A DNA stretch of 20,000 bases from Rhabdothermincola salaria (GCF_021246445.1 NZ_JAJQXW010000003.1:418690-438689), one strand, 5' to 3'; positions 1 through 9,053 are shown, counted from the first letter of the stretch. Made by a program: numbers and translations. Notes: a model not told the origin generated them from the letters alone.

Positions 1-61
1 AGGACAGGGCCGCCAGCAACGCGACGGGGACGGGGGCGAACACTCGGGTGGCGCGACGCAC
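1..61 (-). CDS. 5' end of a probable secreted/membrane protein (runs off left edge), divergent from LysR
   Basis: Manual translation from GTG at 61: MRRATRVFAPVPVALLAALS..., basic N-terminus then hydrophobic stretch (signal-peptide-like); GGAGG SD at 72-68. Not in the ORF track. Confidence 0.6.
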   Translation of the reverse strand, partial: MRRATRVFAPVPVALLAALS

Positions 62-137
62 GAAGGACCTCCATGGGGAACGGACGCCGGAGAGTCTCAG
101 GGGCGCAGTCCTCGGCGTCCAACGCCCTTCGGGGCCG

Positions 138-162
138 GTCCGATGCCCAGCGGGCATCGGAC
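138..162. promoter_or_regulatory. LysR-type operator (perfect 11-bp inverted repeat containing T-N11-A)
   Basis: GTCCGATGCCC-AGC-GGGCATCGGAC; T144-N11-A156; lies between divergent genes, just upstream of a TAGGCT -10-like hexamer (169-174). Confidence 0.7.
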
Positions 163-182
163 GCGTCCTAGGCTCCGGGCTC

Positions 183-1055
183 GTGAACCTCCAGCAGCTG
201 CGCTACGTGGTGGCCACGGCCGAGCTCGGCACCATGACCAGCGCCGCCGCCGCCTGCCACGTGGGCCAACCGGCCCTGACCCGGGCGGTGCGGGCCCTCG
301 AACGCGAGCTGGGCCTCACCATGTTCGTGCGGCGGGGCCGCAGCGTGGAGCTCACCGCGGAGGGCGAGGAGGTCGTGGCCATCGCCCGCAGGGTGCTCGG
401 AGAGGTGGACGCCCTCGAGCGGCTGAGCCGTCGCGGAGGGCGGGGGCAGGGGCTCAAGCTGGCCGCCACCCCCACGATCCAGGCCGACCTGGGTTCGGGC
501 CTCATCCGTGACTACTGGCGCGACCACCCCGAGCACCCGGTGCGCTTCGTGCACTGCGAGAGCCGCCTGGCGGTGGCCGAGGCGGTGCGCAGCGGTCGAG
601 CCGACGTGGGCGTCGCCGACCTGCCGATCCCCGACGACGGCCTCGAAACGGTGCCGTTCGAGTGGCGCGACGTGGTGCTGCTGGGCCCGCCCGGCACCGG
701 GCTCCCCGACCCGTTCCCCGTCGCCCGGCTGGCCGAGGTCCGCCTCATCACCACCAGTCGGGGCGGGCATCGACGAGCAGAGTTCGACGGGCTGTTCGCC
801 GAGCTGGGGGTCACCCCCGACGTCGCCTTCGAGAGCGACGAGCGGGCCTCGTGGATCCCCGCCGTGCTCGCCGGCGTCGGGTGCTGCCTCTGGTACCGAT
901 CTCAAGGCGAGTCGGCCAGCCTCCAGGGGATCGAGGTCGTGGCGCTCGAGCCCGCCCTCGGGCGGGCCATCGGCGTGGTCCACCGACGCGGACCGCTCGC
1001 CACCCCGGTCGCCGCCCTGGTCGACGCCGCCCGCCGCCGCGCCGACGCCCGCTGA
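183..1055 (+). CDS. LysR-family transcriptional regulator
   Basis: N-terminal HTH MNLQQLRYVVATAELGTMTSAAAACHVGQPALTRAVRALERELG...RRGRSVELTAEG, followed by substrate-binding domain. Start moved from 48 to GTG 183, where the LysR fold begins. Confidence 0.95.
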   Translation: MNLQQLRYVVATAELGTMTSAAAACHVGQPALTRAVRALERELGLTMFVRRGRSVELTAEGEEVVAIARRVLGEVDALERLSRRGGRGQGLKLAATPTIQADLGSGLIRDYWRDHPEHPVRFVHCESRLAVAEAVRSGRADVGVADLPIPDDGLETVPFEWRDVVLLGPPGTGLPDPFPVARLAEVRLITTSRGGHRRAEFDGLFAELGVTPDVAFESDERASWIPAVLAGVGCCLWYRSQGESASLQGIEVVALEPALGRAIGVVHRRGPLATPVAALVDAARRRADAR

Positions 1056-1202
1056 CACAGCCCCACCGTCGGCCGACGAAAGCGACGACGACCCGACGAC
1101 CGCCCGACACGGCGCCGAGGCCGGCGCCGAACCGACCGCTACCGTGATGGCGCGCCCCGGCCCGGACGGCGGTCGTCCGCGATCCACGAGCGCACCTGGA
1201 TC

Positions 1203-3425
1203 ATGGCCTCCCCCACCCCCCAGACGCTCGAACAGACCGAGCCCCGAGATCCACCGGGTCCCGTTCGCGACCGGCTCCTGGATGTCGTGCGCTCGATCGC
1301 GGTCGTCCGCGTCGTGCTCTGGCACACCTGGTCGTGGGCGTGGCTCAGCTGGATCCCGGCCATGCCCGCGATGTTCTTCGGGTCGGGCGCCCTCCTCGAG
1401 GCCTCGCTCGAGAAGCGAGGGTGGTGGGCCACGGTCCGTCGGCGGACGCGGCGCCTCTTGGTGCCCTTCTGGGTCTACGCCGCCGCGTGCTGGGCCCTGA
1501 TGCTGGCGGTGGGTTGGCGACCGGACCCGGCCGACGCCGTCGGGTGGTTCGTCCCCCTCGTCGATCCCGTCGGCAGCGACGCCACCCCTGGCCTGTGGAT
1601 CACGCTCTGGTACGTGCGGGCCTACCTCTGGTTCGTGCTGGCCGCCGGGGTCCTCTCCTGGCTCCTCCGCCGCATCGGTCCCGCCGTCATCGCCCTGGCC
1701 GCTGCGGGCACCTTCGCCCTGTGGCGGTGGCAGGAGTCCGGTGCCGAGGTCCCCCTCGAGCTCGGCGACGCCGTCACCTACGCCGCCTTCGTCCTGGCCG
1801 GCATGTGGTACTGGCAGGGTGGTCGCCTGTCGCGGCCGGCCAGCGCTGTGCTGGCGGGCCTCGCCGCCGTCGCCGCCCTCTGGTGGTGGCAGCGGCTGGG
1901 GCCGGTCGACGGGGTCGTCAACCGGTCGTACCCGCTCATGGTGCTGGCGGGCACCGCCGGAATCGGTCTCGTGCTGCTCTTCCGCGCCCAGCTGGCCGGG
2001 GTGTCCGGCCTGACCGGTCGGGCCGTCGACCTCATCGGACGCCGGGCGCTCACCATCTACCTGTGGCAGGGGTTCGGCCTGGTGGCGGCCGAATGGTTGG
2101 TCGAGCCCCTCGAGGTACCGGCCGCGCTCGGGGCGGTGCTGGCGATCGCTGTGGTGGCGGCGGTGATCGTCGCAGCCGTGATCATCGTCGGTCCGATCGA
2201 GGACCTCGCCGCCGGCCGGAGCCAGGTGCGGACCTGGGATCGGACGGCGGCGCTGGCCGTGCCCGGCGTCGGACTGCTGCTCGGATCGCTGCTGGTGCCG
2301 ATCGACCGGTCGGCTCCCGTTGACGGTCCCCTGTCGGGTCAGGCGGTGGTGGCCCGGGCCGGACTCGTCGAGGACTCGACCGGCGGTCCCGACGGTGGCT
2401 CGCTCTGGGAGGCCGGGATGACGGTCGCCGACGTCGTGAGCACCTGGGCCGTGCACCACACGGACGTGATCGACGACGTGGGCCTCACCCGCATCGAGGG
2501 GGCCTACGCCGCACCGGGGGGCCGGACGGTCGAGTTCGCCTGGGGCGCGGACGAGCCCGTGCGGTCCAGCTCGCTCGACGAACCCGGTACCCCTCTCGTC
2601 GATGCCGACGACCCGATGGCCTGGTACTCGATCACCAAGGCCGCCACCACCACCTGGCTGCTCCGTTCCGTCGAAGCGGGCGTGGTGGCGCTCGACGAAC
2701 CCATCGCCACCTGGGCGCCCGAGATCCCCAACGCCGACCGGATCACCCTCGAGCACCTGGCCCGTCACACCTCGGGCATCCCCAGCGAGCTCGACACCGA
2801 CTTCTTCACCGCCGACCCGCAAGCCGACCTGGCGGCCTACACGGGACAACCGGAGCTCCTCTTCGAACCGGGCGAGGGGTTCGCCTACTCCCGCATCGGC
2901 TACCACGTGCTCGGTCTGGTGCTCGAGCGCGCCAACGCCACGACCTGGCGAACGGCCATGGAGGAGTTGGCCCGCGCCTCGGGGACCCGCCTGGAATTCG
3001 ACGAAGACACCGATCCCGTCGACGGGGTCACGGACCCGGACGGCCACGGCTACCGCGGGATGCTCTGGGCCAGCGGCGGGCTCATGTCCACCGTGAGCGA
3101 CGGTGCCCGGTTCTTCCAGTGGATGTTCACCGATGGCCTCAGCCGGGAGTCCCGGGAGCTGATGACGAGCTTCTCGTCCGATCCCGACTGGTGGTACTAC
3201 GGGCTCGGCCTCATGCCGTTGTGCCCGTGCGAGTTCGAGGACGACAGGCTGCAGGCCAGCCGCTACGGGGTGGACGGCCCCGACGGCAGCATCGCCATCG
3301 ACGGGGACACGGGCGCCACCGTGATGCTGCGCCCCGACTCCTGGTTCGACACGGCGGGCCCCGTCACCGAGCTGTACGAGCTCCAGCAGGGCATCCTCGA
3401 CGCCCTCGCGGCCTCGGCGACCTGA
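1203..3425 (+). CDS. Acyltransferase family 3 (OafA-like) membrane domain fused to a C-terminal serine hydrolase (beta-lactamase/PBP fold)
   Basis: N-half: RDRLLDVVRSIAVVRVVLWH, MFFGSG, RRTRR, LWY, TIYLWQ and about 10 hydrophobic segments. C-half: YSITK (SxxK), LARHTSGIP, FEPGEGFAYSRIGY, ASGGLMST, YGLGL. Confidence 0.85.
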   Translation: MASPTPQTLEQTEPRDPPGPVRDRLLDVVRSIAVVRVVLWHTWSWAWLSWIPAMPAMFFGSGALLEASLEKRGWWATVRRRTRRLLVPFWVYAAACWALMLAVGWRPDPADAVGWFVPLVDPVGSDATPGLWITLWYVRAYLWFVLAAGVLSWLLRRIGPAVIALAAAGTFALWRWQESGAEVPLELGDAVTYAAFVLAGMWYWQGGRLSRPASAVLAGLAAVAALWWWQRLGPVDGVVNRSYPLMVLAGTAGIGLVLLFRAQLAGVSGLTGRAVDLIGRRALTIYLWQGFGLVAAEWLVEPLEVPAALGAVLAIAVVAAVIVAAVIIVGPIEDLAAGRSQVRTWDRTAALAVPGVGLLLGSLLVPIDRSAPVDGPLSGQAVVARAGLVEDSTGGPDGGSLWEAGMTVADVVSTWAVHHTDVIDDVGLTRIEGAYAAPGGRTVEFAWGADEPVRSSSLDEPGTPLVDADDPMAWYSITKAATTTWLLRSVEAGVVALDEPIATWAPEIPNADRITLEHLARHTSGIPSELDTDFFTADPQADLAAYTGQPELLFEPGEGFAYSRIGYHVLGLVLERANATTWRTAMEELARASGTRLEFDEDTDPVDGVTDPDGHGYRGMLWASGGLMSTVSDGARFFQWMFTDGLSRESRELMTSFSSDPDWWYYGLGLMPLCPCEFEDDRLQASRYGVDGPDGSIAIDGDTGATVMLRPDSWFDTAGPVTELYELQQGILDALAASAT

Positions 3426-3483
3426 CCGTTGCCCAGCACCGCCGGGGTGCCGCCGGGTCGGCGGGCCCTGGTCGGTGCCCGAC

Positions 3484-4320
3484 TCACCGCGGGAGGAGCC
3501 GATGCAACCGTCCACGGACGCGGCTCGTCTGGTGGCGGGACACCACCCGTAGCGTCGCTCGACGGGCCGTGAGCCGCATCCGGGCGCCCTCCACCCCTCC
3601 CGGCCCGAAGCGCCGCACCATCTCGAGGGCGGCGCGCTGGTGGTCGCCGGGCGCCTGCCGAAAGGTCGTGTGGGTGTTGGCGTCGTGGTAGCGCTTCCGG
3701 GTGCTGGTGGTCGGCACCGACACCCAACCGGAGCGCAGGCCCACCGCCAGGGTCCAGGTCATGTCGACCCCCGGGTAGTCCCCGTACGGCTCCATGCCGA
3801 TCCCGGCGGCCAGCACCTCACGGCGACGGAAGAGGCCACGGAACGGCTGCCACGCCTGCTGGGCGAGCGCCAGGTCGAGCACCTCCACCCCCTCGAGGAG
3901 GCCCGACCGAATCGGCGGCGGCTGCCACGTGGTGGCCGTCGCACCGTCGGCCCTGACCCCGAGGACCCGTCCGAAGGCCAGCCACGCCGTCGGGTTCTCG
4001 GCCAGGCCGGCCCGGAGCGCGGGCACCCAGGACGCATCGAAGTCGTCGTCGTGCGGGAGCCAGGAGCAGAGATCGCCCGTGGCTCGTTCGACCAGGTCCT
4101 GGTAATGCTCGAACCAGGTCAACTCCTCGGCGCGCGCCAGGACCGTCACCCGGTCGTCGTCCGCCAGTCTGGCCGAGAGCACCTCGGCGGCGTCGTCCTC
4201 GACCGTTGCGTCCGAGATCAGCACCTCGGTCACCTCGGCGGGGAGTCGACGCACGTTGGCCTCGACGTTGTCGACCCACCGTCTCGACCGGTGAAGGGGG
4301 ACCGCAACGGTGACGGTCAC
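3484..4320 (-). CDS. Glycosyltransferase family 2 (GT-A fold)
   Basis: VTVAVPLHRS N-terminal strand, EVLISD, WLPHDDDF acidic motif; GTG start overlaps the upstream stop (GTGA at 4320-4317). Confidence 0.85.
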   Translation of the reverse strand: MTVTVAVPLHRSRRWVDNVEANVRRLPAEVTEVLISDATVEDDAAEVLSARLADDDRVTVLARAEELTWFEHYQDLVERATGDLCSWLPHDDDFDASWVPALRAGLAENPTAWLAFGRVLGVRADGATATTWQPPPIRSGLLEGVEVLDLALAQQAWQPFRGLFRRREVLAAGIGMEPYGDYPGVDMTWTLAVGLRSGWVSVPTTSTRKRYHDANTHTTFRQAPGDHQRAALEMVRRFGPGGVEGARMRLTARRATLRVVSRHQTSRVRGRLHRLLPR

Positions 4321-5570
4321 GACCTCACCTGCGGCGAACCAGGGCCGAGGAGGGAGGCCACCTGGTGGGCGAAGAGCGGTGCCGTGGTGAACTTGCCGGT
4401 GTCGACGGACACGTACCCATCGTGGTCGTGCACGCCGATGGCGTCGCGTCGGTGCAGCTCCGACGACGGTTGGTCGATGTCGCGCTCGCCCCACGCCACG
4501 ATGACCCCAGCGGCCACCGCGTCGACACGCAGCGCGGCCAGGGCCGGCACGTGCCGGGCCAGTCCGGCCACCGTGCGCCGGGCGAGATCGACCTGGCTCC
4601 CCGCAGGGTCCTCACCGTGGATCGCCGGCAACCACGACGAGGGTGGCTCGAGGTCGTCCGACCATCCCGCGAGGCATTCCGGATACCAGGAGGCGTACAC
4701 CCGGCCGTCTTGTCTTCGCACGACGTCGCCGAAGGGTCCGAGCACCAGCGTCGCGCTCGGAAGCGCGGGAACCGATGGGGGGAGCACGCCCTGCACCGCG
4801 TACTTCAGCCGGTAGGAACAGGGCCGGTCGGCCGCGATGCCCATCGACGCATCGATGGCGAGACGCCCGCCCCAGAGGCAGTTGACCACGGCATCGGCCT
4901 CCCATCGCCGCGAACCACCGTCCGTCGTGGTCCCACGGACCGCGAAGCCCGCGGGACCCGAGGTGACCTCCCGGACCTCGACGCCCCCACACACCTCGAC
5001 GCCCGCGGGGGCGAGCGCACCGACGAGGTGGCCGCGCAGGACGTGAGGATCGACCGCCCGTTCCTCGGTGGCGAAGGCGGCGACGACCCGGTTGCCGAAC
5101 CCCCGGGCCTCGAGGTCGGTCACGGCGAGCGTCGGCGCGAGAGCGGTCGAGCCCAGATACGTGGGTGTGCCGTCGCCCCCGGCGAGGAGATCGGCCACGC
5201 GATCGTCGACCCAGGCGTAGTGCTCGGCCAGCCGGTCGGGGGCCACCATCGTGTCCTCGAGCACGCCGTACACGAAAGGCTCGGAGCGCACCGCGGCCCA
5301 CTCGACCGGCGAGGCTGACCACGAGTCGATGAGCGACGAGAAGCGAACGGCCGCCGTGGCCATGAGGTCCGCGGTGGCCCGCCCGGCGTCGTTGGCGTAG
5401 ACGTGGCCGAGGTGGATCTTGCCCTCCCCGCGCAGGCTCGTCGCCGACCACGGCGCCCACGTGCGGTCGAGGATCGCCACCTGCCACCCCCGTCGAGCGA
5501 GGGCCAACGACACGCAGGTCCCCTGGATCCCACCCCCCAGCACGACGGCCCGCCGCGACGGCGAGAACAT
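4317..5570 (-). CDS. FAD-dependent oxidoreductase (DAO/GlpD-like superfamily)
   Basis: Rossmann motif AVVLGGGIQG...VAILD, TSLRGEGKIHLG, DAVVNCLW, C-terminal TGKFTT; ATG at 5570 lies 4 nt after the upstream stop. Confidence 0.85.
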   Translation of the reverse strand: MFSPSRRAVVLGGGIQGTCVSLALARRGWQVAILDRTWAPWSATSLRGEGKIHLGHVYANDAGRATADLMATAAVRFSSLIDSWSASPVEWAAVRSEPFVYGVLEDTMVAPDRLAEHYAWVDDRVADLLAGGDGTPTYLGSTALAPTLAVTDLEARGFGNRVVAAFATEERAVDPHVLRGHLVGALAPAGVEVCGGVEVREVTSGPAGFAVRGTTTDGGSRRWEADAVVNCLWGGRLAIDASMGIAADRPCSYRLKYAVQGVLPPSVPALPSATLVLGPFGDVVRRQDGRVYASWYPECLAGWSDDLEPPSSWLPAIHGEDPAGSQVDLARRTVAGLARHVPALAALRVDAVAAGVIVAWGERDIDQPSSELHRRDAIGVHDHDGYVSVDTGKFTTAPLFAHQVASLLGPGSPQVRS

Positions 5571-5574
5571 GGCG

Positions 5575-7479
5575 CTATCCACGGTCCTTCGCGTCGCCAG
5601 GGTGATGGACACGTGCCGCCCGACCCAGCCGGGTCTCGCGCAGCGCCCGCACCCGATCGGCCCACGCCGGCCGGTTGAGCGCGGGGATCCGGCTGCCGAG
5701 CGCCAGGCCCAGCAGCACGCCGAGCGAGACACCCACCATGGTGGCCACGGTGGTGACCATGGCGCTGATCCCCTCGATCTGGTCGTCACCGAAGATGCGG
5801 GTGATCCCCTCGAGCCCGAGGGCTCCCGGCACCAGCAGCCAGAAGCCCGGCAGGAACGACACGAGCATGGCCGGGCCGTCCTCCTGTCGGGCCGCCAGCA
5901 TGGCGATGGGGGTCATGGCCACGGCCCCGAAGAACGCCGAGAGGGTGCCCCCGAAGAAGAGCCCACCGATCACCTGACCGGCGTAGGCCACGTAGAGCAC
6001 CAGCAGGATCCAGCGCAGCGACTCGGTGCGGGCGCCGTAGAAGACGTACACCCCGAACCCGAACACGGCCACGCCCAGCCAGGCGGCGGCCACGCCCAGC
6101 GGGTTGGTGGGCGTCTCGCCGATGACCGAGGCGGGGAACCCGACCAGCTGGGCACCGGCGACGATCCCGAGGGCCAACAGCACGAGCTGCATCAACCCCG
6201 ACGCCAGGCGACCGGCACCCGAGATCACGTGGCCGCTCGACAGCTCGAGCACGCCGGTGGTGAGCAGCCCACCGGGCAGGAAGGTGACCAGGGGGGCCAC
6301 GAGCGGGGCGAACACCGACAGGTCGGACCACACCCGACCGAGCGCCAGCACGACCACCGTCACCGTGAAGGCGGCGAGCAGGGGCCAGAAGGCCTGGTAG
6401 TTGCGGATCTCGCGGCTCGTGGTGCGGGCCAGGGCGATCTGCAGGGCGCCGACGCCCACCCCCAGGACGGCGCCGAGCAGCAGGTCGGCCCAGCTGCCCC
6501 GCAGCAACAAGACGAGGCCGACCGTGAAGATGGTGGCCCCGAGCAGCCGCACCGGGGGGCTGAACCGCGGCGGCAGCGTGCGGGCCCGGGCGATGGCCGC
6601 CAGACCCTCGAGCGGGGTGACCTCGCCGCGCTCGGCCCGGCGCACCAGGCGGAACAGCTCGTCGCTCTGGTCCATGGTGAGCTTCGACGTGCCCGCCGTG
6701 CGCACCTCGGTCTGGACGTCGGTCCCGTGGGGCACGGAGAGGATGAGGGCCGTGGGCAGCACGACGGCGCCCAGGCCGAAGATGCCGTTCACCTCGGCGA
6801 TGTCCTCGAGCGTCTGGGCGGTGTTGGCGCTCGACTCCCCGGCGTCGATGAGGGCCTGGCCCATCTCGAGCAGGAAGTGCAGGGCCTGCAGCTCCTCGGG
6901 GCTGCCGGGCACCGCCACCGGCGCGTCGACGACGGGCCCGCTCGCCTCGGACTCGGCTGCGGGACGCGCCTGCGGCTCCTCGGCGGTGCGCCGCGGCCGC
7001 GCCGGGGCCGGCGCCGGCGCCCGTCGCAGCGCCATCCACACCAGCACGGCCACGGCCACGAGGACCGCCCCGGCGAAGACCACGGAACCCACCGGGATCG
7101 TGGACGTCTGCACGGCTGGACGAGTGGCCGGGCGGGGTTCGAGCGTGGTGGTGGGCTCGGGCTCGGTCGTGTCGGTCGGCGTCGTGGTCGCCGTGGTCGC
7201 CGTGCTCTCCGGCGACTCGGTGGTGGAGGTGGTCTCCGACGTCGTCGAGGTCGTCGCCTCGGTCGTGGAGGTGGTGGACGTCGGGGAGGTCGTGTCCGAC
7301 CTGGCCGTGGTCGTCGAGGTCGTCTCGACGACCGCGACCGGGTCCACGGCCGTCGTGGGTTCCTGGGCGGCGACCGACGTCGCCGTGCCGAGCGCGGCCA
7401 CCGCGAAGAGGGCGGCGAGGAGGACCCCCCTCGTCCACGGCGATCGTCGTCCGGATCCGGTCGTCGGGAGAAGGTGCAT
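5575..7479 (-). CDS. Threonine/serine exporter (ThrE) family membrane protein with N-terminal signal peptide and Thr-rich extension
   Basis: LLEMGQALIDAGES, VLPTALILS, TFLPGGLLTTGVLEL..GHVISG.GRL, FWLLVPG are typical ThrE/ThrE_2 signatures; about 10 TM segments in the C-terminal half. Confidence 0.85.
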   Translation of the reverse strand: MHLLPTTGSGRRSPWTRGVLLAALFAVAALGTATSVAAQEPTTAVDPVAVVETTSTTTARSDTTSPTSTTSTTEATTSTTSETTSTTESPESTATTATTTPTDTTEPEPTTTLEPRPATRPAVQTSTIPVGSVVFAGAVLVAVAVLVWMALRRAPAPAPARPRRTAEEPQARPAAESEASGPVVDAPVAVPGSPEELQALHFLLEMGQALIDAGESSANTAQTLEDIAEVNGIFGLGAVVLPTALILSVPHGTDVQTEVRTAGTSKLTMDQSDELFRLVRRAERGEVTPLEGLAAIARARTLPPRFSPPVRLLGATIFTVGLVLLLRGSWADLLLGAVLGVGVGALQIALARTTSREIRNYQAFWPLLAAFTVTVVVLALGRVWSDLSVFAPLVAPLVTFLPGGLLTTGVLELSSGHVISGAGRLASGLMQLVLLALGIVAGAQLVGFPASVIGETPTNPLGVAAAWLGVAVFGFGVYVFYGARTESLRWILLVLYVAYAGQVIGGLFFGGTLSAFFGAVAMTPIAMLAARQEDGPAMLVSFLPGFWLLVPGALGLEGITRIFGDDQIEGISAMVTTVATMVGVSLGVLLGLALGSRIPALNRPAWADRVRALRETRLGRAARVHHPGDAKDRG

Positions 7480-7536
7480 GACCCGAGCGACCTTAGAGGG
7501 GTGCGAGGCCTCGCCGCCCTCGGGTCCCGGTCGTCC

Positions 7537-8013
7537 TCAGGTGAGCACGGACTCGATGCGCTCGAGGGTGGCGGCCATGTTCTTGCGGGTCTGGTCGGCC
7601 AGGCGGCGCACGAACGGCCGGCTGACCGGCGACTCCTGGCGGATGTCCCAGCTCTCGCGCACCAGGGTGCCGCCGTCGACCGGTTCGAGCTCGTAGCGCC
7701 AGATGCGCCCGGCCACGTGCTGTCCGATGCGGCCCGGACCACGCGTCTGCCAGGCGATGCGACGGTCGGGCTCGAACTCCACGACCTCCGAGACCATGGA
7801 GTACGGGATGCCCATCTTCATGGACATGCCGAACGTGGCGCCGAGGGCCAGCTGCTGCGACCCGGTCTTGGCGTCACGCACCGTTCCCGAGCCGTCGATC
7901 TCGTGGTGGCGGCTCGGGTCGGCCAGCAGGGCGAAGATGGCGCCGGCATCGGCGGGGATGACCCGCTCGACGCTCACCACGTCGTCGGATCCGGTCTGGT
8001 CGGTGTCGCTCAT
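7537..8013 (-). CDS. SRPBCC (START/polyketide cyclase-like) family protein
   Basis: VSVERVIPA..IFALLADPSRHHEIDGSG, VVEFEPDRRIAW, WRYELEP..GGTLVRESWD, C-terminal helix. Confidence 0.9.
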   Translation of the reverse strand: MSDTDQTGSDDVVSVERVIPADAGAIFALLADPSRHHEIDGSGTVRDAKTGSQQLALGATFGMSMKMGIPYSMVSEVVEFEPDRRIAWQTRGPGRIGQHVAGRIWRYELEPVDGGTLVRESWDIRQESPVSRPFVRRLADQTRKNMAATLERIESVLT

Positions 8014-8066
8014 GGGCGCACGCTACCCACGCGCCCCGACCGCGCCTCGGTTCGAGGCATCGATGC

Positions 8067-8091
8067 CCGATCGGGGACGGCCCCCGATCGG
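8067..8091 (-). terminator. GC-rich hairpin downstream of enoyl-CoA hydratase (possible terminator)
   Basis: CCGATCGGGG-ACGGC-CCCCGATCGG, perfect 10-bp stem about 20 nt after the stop at 8111; no U-tract. Confidence 0.45.
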
Positions 8092-8110
8092 ACACCGTGG
8101 CCTCGGCCGT

Positions 8111-8941
8111 TCAGCTGCGGGTGCTGGTGCGGTAGTCGCCGAACTTGGCGTCGCGCTCGCTGAGAGCCGTCGTGAGGCCCTTCTCCTGGCTGGCGGCCAC
8201 GAAGTCGGCCATGGCCTGGGTGTGGGTGCCGAGCGCGCAGAGCTCGGTCCCGGCTCGGATGCCGGACCGCAGACCCATGTGCTCCATCTGGCGGTGCACG
8301 ACGCGCTTGTTGAGCTGCACCACCTCGGGCGGCAGGGCGGCGATGCGCTCGGCCATCTTGATGGCCTCGGCGTCGAGCTCGTCGGCCGGGAAGGCCCGGT
8401 TGGCCCACCCCTCGGCCACCGCCTCGATCCCCGTGACGGAGTCGCCGGTGACCATCATCTCCATGGCCCGCCGCATGCCCAGGAACCAGGGGTGGAAGTG
8501 CATGTCCGGCACCCCGAAGCGCACGGCCGGGTAGCCCATCTGGGCGTCCTCGGCGATGTAGACGAGGTCGCAGCAGGTGGCCAGCTCGCTGCCGCCGGCC
8601 AGGCAGAAGCCGTGCACCTGGGCGATGACCGGTTTGGCCAGGTCCCAGATGCCCATCCAGCCCTCGGTGACGTGCCGGGGCCACTGCCCGTCGCCCCCCG
8701 GTGTGTAGAACGGGTATTCGTGGCCCTCGTTGCCGTCGCCGAGGTCGTAGCCGGCCGAGAACGACGGGCCCGCCCCCCGCACGATCTGCACGTGCACGTC
8801 GTCGTCCTGGTCGCCGGCCTGCAGGGCCTCGAGGATCGCTCCTCGCAACGGGTGGTTGAGCGCGTTGCGCTTCTCCGGCCGGTTCATGGTGATGCGCCGC
8901 ACATGAGGCGCGGGCTCGTCGACGATGACCCACTCGGTCAT
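8111..8941 (-). CDS. Enoyl-CoA hydratase/isomerase (crotonase) family protein
   Basis: ITMNRPEKRNAL, FSAGYDL, KPVIAQVHGFCLAGGSELATCCD; G-rich SD upstream. Confidence 0.95.
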   Translation of the reverse strand: MTEWVIVDEPAPHVRRITMNRPEKRNALNHPLRGAILEALQAGDQDDDVHVQIVRGAGPSFSAGYDLGDGNEGHEYPFYTPGGDGQWPRHVTEGWMGIWDLAKPVIAQVHGFCLAGGSELATCCDLVYIAEDAQMGYPAVRFGVPDMHFHPWFLGMRRAMEMMVTGDSVTGIEAVAEGWANRAFPADELDAEAIKMAERIAALPPEVVQLNKRVVHRQMEHMGLRSGIRAGTELCALGTHTQAMADFVAASQEKGLTTALSERDAKFGDYRTSTRS

Positions 8942-9053
8942 GGATGTCCCCCCTGGGTTGTGGAACGCGCCGCGTCGGCGCGCGTGGTCGACGCATCTTG
9001 CCAGGGCGCCGACGCACCCGGCTCCGGCGGCCCCGGAGCGGGCTACTTCGCCG

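Noticed and set aside
2600..3425. Beta-lactamase as an antibiotic-resistance gene
   Set aside because: Fold-level similarity only; YxN and KTG-equivalent motifs are altered and the domain is fused to AT3.
168..3515. 1115-aa minus-strand ORF
   Set aside because: Antisense shadow of the LysR and AT3-fusion genes; no motifs; expected in high-GC DNA with few stop codons.
5419..8163. 914-aa plus-strand ORF (likewise 12419-14140, 14068-15540, 15299-17110, 9874-11640)
   Set aside because: Antisense shadows of well-supported minus-strand genes, with composition rich in G/H/Q/R typical of reverse frames.
9016..9043. Hairpin after the SnoaL gene as terminator
   Set aside because: Imperfect GC stem without U-tract; such stems arise readily by chance at this GC content.
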